Shown here one piece after another: positions 59,487-64,000 of a stretch of 64,000 bases of DNA. Position 1 is the stretch's first letter. Each line of letters begins with the position of its first letter. A program made the translations under genes and the position numbers. The notes beneath the pieces are model-generated. The model saw nothing but the letters and a program-made list of their open reading frames with translations. It made no database searches and was not told where the DNA came from. Source of the stretch: Plasmodiophora brassicae. Lineage: Eukaryota. The stretch spans positions 992,001 through 1,056,000 of the forward strand of contig CP145415.1 of the NCBI GenBank assembly GCA_036867785.1, written 5' to 3'.

Positions 59487-60308
59487 ATGGCTCCGGAAGC
59501 GCGGTCGGAACAGATGTCGGTGGACTGGGCGGCGCTGCGCCAGGCCATCAACGACCTGGTTGCCGAGAAGAAGTGCGGCCCGATTCTGGTGCGGCTTAGC
59601 TGGCACGATGCGGGCACGTACTGCAAGAGGACGAAGACGGGTGGAGCCCATGCGTGCCAGCGCTTCGCGAAGGCGGGCGAGTGGGCGCACGGTGCGAACA
59701 AGGGCCTTGACGTTGCGCAGGCGCTGCTCGAACCGATTCGTGCCAAGTTCCCGACGCCGTCGTCGGCCGACCTGTGGGCGTTCGCGGCTGTTGTCGCCAT
59801 CAAGGCGATGGGCGGCCCCGACGTTCCGTTCCGCGCTGGACGAACAGACGGGACCTCTGTCGAGTCGTCTGTTGAAGATGGACGCCTGCCTGACGCGACG
59901 CAAGGTGCCCAGCACATTCGCGACGTTTTCTACCGCATCGGCATGGACGATGAGGAGATCGTTGCACTCAGCGGTGCGCACACTGTTGGCAAGTGCCACC
60001 TCGAACGCAGCGGGTTCGATGGTCCCTGGACGGCGGACCCGCAGAAGTTCGACAACACGTACTTCATTGACTTGCTGAAGAAGAAGTGGGACCCGGCGAC
60101 GTCGGGGGCTGGGAACCCTCAGTTCGTGAACACGGACACCAAGACGATGATGCTTCCCGCCGATCTGGCCCTCGTCGACGACGCCGCCTTCCGCAAGTAC
60201 GTTGAAAAATTCGCCTCCAGTCAGGATGCGTTCTTCAAGGCGTTTGCCGCCGCCTTCAAGAAGCTGCAGGAATCTGGGTACGACGAGTCGGCACTCGTTG
60301 CTGTGTAA
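59487..60308 (+). CDS. Class I heme peroxidase, ascorbate peroxidase-like (intronless)
   Basis: CGPILVRLSWHDAGTY, HGANKGL, SADLWAFA, GRLPDA, LSGAHTVGKCHLERSGFDGPWT and FDNTYF. Confidence 0.93.
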   Translation: MAPEARSEQMSVDWAALRQAINDLVAEKKCGPILVRLSWHDAGTYCKRTKTGGAHACQRFAKAGEWAHGANKGLDVAQALLEPIRAKFPTPSSADLWAFAAVVAIKAMGGPDVPFRAGRTDGTSVESSVEDGRLPDATQGAQHIRDVFYRIGMDDEEIVALSGAHTVGKCHLERSGFDGPWTADPQKFDNTYFIDLLKKKWDPATSGAGNPQFVNTDTKTMMLPADLALVDDAAFRKYVEKFASSQDAFFKAFAAAFKKLQESGYDESALVAV

Positions 60309-60403
60309 GATGTTCCGATGGTTGCTCGTCCCCGTGAAACAATACAGGTTTCTTCGTTGTACCTAGCACGCCCCGGCCAGTGCAGGTATAACTACGAATA
60401 TGT

Positions 60404-61681
60404 TTACCGAAGAGAGTCGTTAGCAACCCAGTCAGGGACGATACGAGTAAGGTAGCGCATGAACTTCCACAAGCCGACCTGCATCTCCAGTTTGCCAACC
60501 ACGTCGGGACCCAGTTCCGGGAACGCGATGCCTGCCCCGAACAGATGTGGCGCGATACGCCCTGTGGTCGGATCGTAATCGCCGACAACAAGCTTCCCAC
60601 CATCGACGATATTGAGAGGCGCCCGATCGAAGCCAACAGCATAAATCAGCTTGTCACACCGAAGAACATGCTTCGCAATGGCATCCATCGTGGAACGGTG
60701 GCGCTCCAGCCTTGCAGGCAAGTTTTCAGGCCCGCTGGTGAGGTATCGTCGTGCCCATTCGGCCGTCCGCCCTTTCAGCCCGGTGCTATCGTTGACGAAC
60801 CCGCCGCTCAGATGTGGTTCTGCATAGATGACGTCGCTCCTGTAGAAGTTGATGACCTTGGCCACGTCGACCTCCAGCAGGTCTCGAACGATCATGATCG
60901 CGGAATGGGAGCTCCCGAACACGCCAACAGTGTCGTCAGATGTAGTTAGATTCGACAGTTTGTCGATCTGAAGTGCATCATCCAGTGGAATTACGGGGAT
61001 GTCATCAAACCCAACATTCAGCATCTTCGGCCGCGACCCGGTCGCCAGGACAACGTTTCTGCAGGGAGGAATCGAATTCCCCGATTCGGTTGTCAGGCAC
61101 CAGTCGGAATCGTCGTCGTGCCGCTCGAATTTGGACACGAATTCAGTGAATGGTGTGACTTGCTCACGAAGGCGGTTCGTAATCCACATCAGCGGTTCGA
61201 CGACGTATCGCAACTCGCAGGTCCCGTTCGGAGGTAGGTCATGCATCGGGAACCGGACAGGAGCGCTTCCGTACTGGAACGCATCCGACGCACGCAGGAA
61301 TTTGTCGAACAATTCGACAGTCGTGTTGCTCGACACGGTTGACCATTTGCGACCCAGCAACCCGACATCGAAATGCGGATCCACCCAGCATACCCTCGAG
61401 GAGGCAACACCAGCGTCAAGTAGCTTCCCGACGGCGGCAATCCCCGCGGGGCCAGCGCCAACAACCGCCCACTGGAACCCTTTCGACGTCATCTTGTCCG
61501 GGGACTTTGGGGGAGGGGCACTGGGCAACCTTGACCGTTTTTCCGTTTCAACGGAAGGACTCTGCGTTGGGCATAACGTTTCAAGTGTGTTTTCTTTGTC
61601 GTCACACGGGGCCGACCCCACCATCACCGTGGGCTCTTCCATCGATCTCGCAATTGTGATTCGTCCCGCACCCGCTACCAA
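60404..61681 (-). CDS. FAD-dependent pyridine nucleotide-disulfide oxidoreductase-like protein (intronless; start uncertain)
   Basis: WAVVGAGPAGIAAVGKLLD, VSSNT, VVLATGSRP, VGVFGSSHSAI, IYAVGF and LFGAGIAFPE. Confidence 0.85.
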   Translation of the reverse strand: MVAGAGRITIARSMEEPTVMVGSAPCDDKENTLETLCPTQSPSVETEKRSRLPSAPPPKSPDKMTSKGFQWAVVGAGPAGIAAVGKLLDAGVASSRVCWVDPHFDVGLLGRKWSTVSSNTTVELFDKFLRASDAFQYGSAPVRFPMHDLPPNGTCELRYVVEPLMWITNRLREQVTPFTEFVSKFERHDDDSDWCLTTESGNSIPPCRNVVLATGSRPKMLNVGFDDIPVIPLDDALQIDKLSNLTTSDDTVGVFGSSHSAIMIVRDLLEVDVAKVINFYRSDVIYAEPHLSGGFVNDSTGLKGRTAEWARRYLTSGPENLPARLERHRSTMDAIAKHVLRCDKLIYAVGFDRAPLNIVDGGKLVVGDYDPTTGRIAPHLFGAGIAFPELGPDVVGKLEMQVGLWKFMRYLTRIVPDWVANDSLR

Positions 61682-62072
61682 CAGCGCATGTCCAGGCCGT
61701 CGTCAGCTCGCCCGTCTGCCTATCCCGTTGATTTACTTCACTGTGCGCGCTGGGACGGGTGATGCCGTGATGAGACATGTCGTTGGATGAAGAGCTCGTC
61801 ACGTTCAACTGAATACAATATTAAATCTGCTGTTGATGATCTCGGCCTTCAGGCGGTCGATGACGATTGATGACGGCAGTCGCATTTTTTGCGTCGAGGG
61901 CCACCCAGACACTGCGCGGCGCCGCGGATTATTCTCGGGCTACGGACGCGACGGACGGCAGTCGGCAAGGTGACGGGCGGCGATTCATTTTTCGCGGTCG
62001 CCGTCGGTCGTCGATCGCGCGTACGGTAGTTCAATCGGGTATTGGTCGTTAGCGACGGGACCGGCGCCGGTC

Positions 62073-64000
62073 ATGGTCATGATCGGCGAGTCGTCGCTGC
62101 GTCGGAGTGCACGCAAGGTGGCCGTCAGGCATCCGCTGGAGGAGGCAGCCGGTGCTGATGACGACAGCGGCGTGTTCGGCAGCAGTGACTTGGACAGCGG
62201 TGCTGATGACGATTCGGGCCACGCGACAGCACAGCTGTACTGTATTTGCAGGAAACCTGACGATGGCGAGTTGATGGTGCAGTGCGATGCGTGCAGCCAA
62301 TGGTTTCATGCCGCATGCATGCGGTTGTCCGAGAAAACCGTCACTGATGACTGGAAGTGCCCGACATGCGTCTCATCACGGTCGGAACGACCTCCGCAAT
62401 CTGCGTCAACGAGAAACGTCGACCCGCCTGCGACTGGACCCGCTCGCGAGGAGGCCGGCCATGCAGGGATACCGGCGAAAGACCGTGACTCGTGTCGAAC
62501 CGCGTTGTGCAAGGTTATATCACAGGATCTGGCCTCAGCAGTTGAAGACGCTGTACTTCACACTGTGGCGGGTGAGGCACGTCTGGCGGAGGCTAGCAAA
62601 TTGTACAAGGCAAAGATGCGAGAGATTCTGTTCAATTTGAAGAGCAACACCAAGCTCAGGCAGAGTAAGTCCATGATCCATCCGCTTAAAACAACAGAGC
62701 TGACCTGCGTTCCGTCTGCATCAGGTCTGACTGAAGGAGTCTTGTCTCCTGCGAGCTTAGCGGCAAAGGATGTCTCGCTTCTTGCTGACCCTGAGTTGAT
62801 CGCGTCGAGAAACGAGGAGCGCAGACAATCGTTGACGTCCAGGTTGAAAGTGGCGGAAGAAGAAGAGGACGAACTGCAAGCGTCGGTGCGACCGCAAACG
62901 CTACCAGCAGCACAAGCAGATATTGTTCTTGCGGGAAATCCTGCCGTTGAACTGTTATCGCCTCCCAGTGACCCTGCTGTAAAGGAATCGGACGTAGCGC
63001 GGCCTAATGTGTCAGAAGTGCCCGACGAGATGGATGCCATCGAAATCGACGAGACGCCGGTCATGGAACCCCCGGAGACTCTATCATATCAGGAATCGCT
63101 AACAGCGGAAACGTCCCAATATGATTGGACTGGAACACTTGCCGTCACCGCGACCGATCCTGGTTTCCGTCTTCGGGGCAACATTACAGAACCTGGAACC
63201 GCGAACGACCGCAAGCGGTTATCCAAGCTGCCGTCAGCATTGTATGTGCATGGCAGGATCAACCCTAGTGCGGTCCACAAGGTCGGCTTCTGCGCGTTTA
63301 TGCACCGCTTCCGTGATGCCTGACGTGGTCTATCGTTGTAGTTCATCATGCAAGTGCATGCCGTTGCTGTGTCTGTCCCTGAAGCTGAGCGTCATCGTCA
63401 TAAGCGCATCGTGCTCGTCGAGTACTTTCTGCCGCCGGACTCGCCTGCGGACGAGGCGAATTGTGCACTGTTCATCAAGCAGTATAGAGGTAGGGCTCAC
63501 GCATTGTCTCGTGTCGTCGCTCTTGTGGACTGATTCGCCGCAGACCGCGCGCGCATTCCGGTGCTCGACTTTGTCGACCAAGGAATCTTACTGTACTTTG
63601 TTTCGCCTGTGTTTCACAGTAATGCTATATGGAGCGGCTTGTTAATGGAGGTCTTCGGCCGGGATCAGCCTCCGGCCGGCACTGCACTGTGGGCCATTGC
63701 TGTCTTGGCGGCAGAATCGAAGCTTCCATCGGTGAAGAAAACTGCTATAAAGCCTCAGAAACCTACCAGTCAACAGCCGCCTTCGTCGGTCGCTCCCGTT
63801 GTCGATGGCGCTGCCTCCGGTGGAGCAGTACCCCCGGCCGTGGTCGAACGGGCCGCGGCTCAGCCACCAACAGGCGACCCCGTCAATCGAGCAACGCCCT
63901 CAACCAGCTATCCCCAGCAAGCCTCGTCTCAACCGGCAGGTCTACACCAAGTCGCCGATGCATACCCGCCCGAACATTCGTACGGTATGCATCAGGCGTA
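62073..64000 (+). CDS. PHD + TFIIS-central + SPOC protein (BYE1/DIDO1/PHF3-like); runs off the window
   Basis: PHD LYCICRKPDDGELMVQCDACSQWFHAACM...WKCPTC; TFIIS-M YKAKMREILFNLKSNTKLR; SPOC-like WTGTL...LPSALYVHGRI. Confidence 0.88.

Overview
This is a gene-dense eukaryotic window: GC-rich coding regions, many short GT-AG introns (about 45-60 nt), Pol III tRNAs and flagellar/centriole genes. The CBM18-chitin deacetylase genes, compact introns and composition suggest a phytomyxid such as Plasmodiophora; that is inference, not verified. Housekeeping genes include a pseudouridine synthase, PP2C, RBBP6/Mpe1, RPA3, Cdh1/FZR, alkaline ceramidase, CWC22, a TEY-type MAPK, signal peptide peptidase, an ascorbate peroxidase and a PHD-TFIIS-SPOC protein. 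There are also three tRNA-Lys(CUU) genes and an intron-containing tRNA-Ser(UGA). Less ordinary content: (1) a ferric-reductase/NOX-family flavocytochrome with three DOMON domains, each with His where the heme-ligating Met normally sits; (2) a tandem array of four intronless, roughly 85-aa CxxC-CxxC zinc-ribbon microproteins; (3) a degenerate kinesin motor fused to a CCDC78-like coiled coil; (4) a duplicated orphan microprotein of about 72 aa; (5) a shattered Harbinger-type transposon with inverted duplications between two orphan membrane-protein genes; (6) a 2,570-aa repetitive disordered protein; (7) tandem membrane-anchored methyltransferase-like genes; (8) a CBM18-CE4 gene plus a decayed copy. 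All family calls come from motif recognition by eye; no database searches were run.
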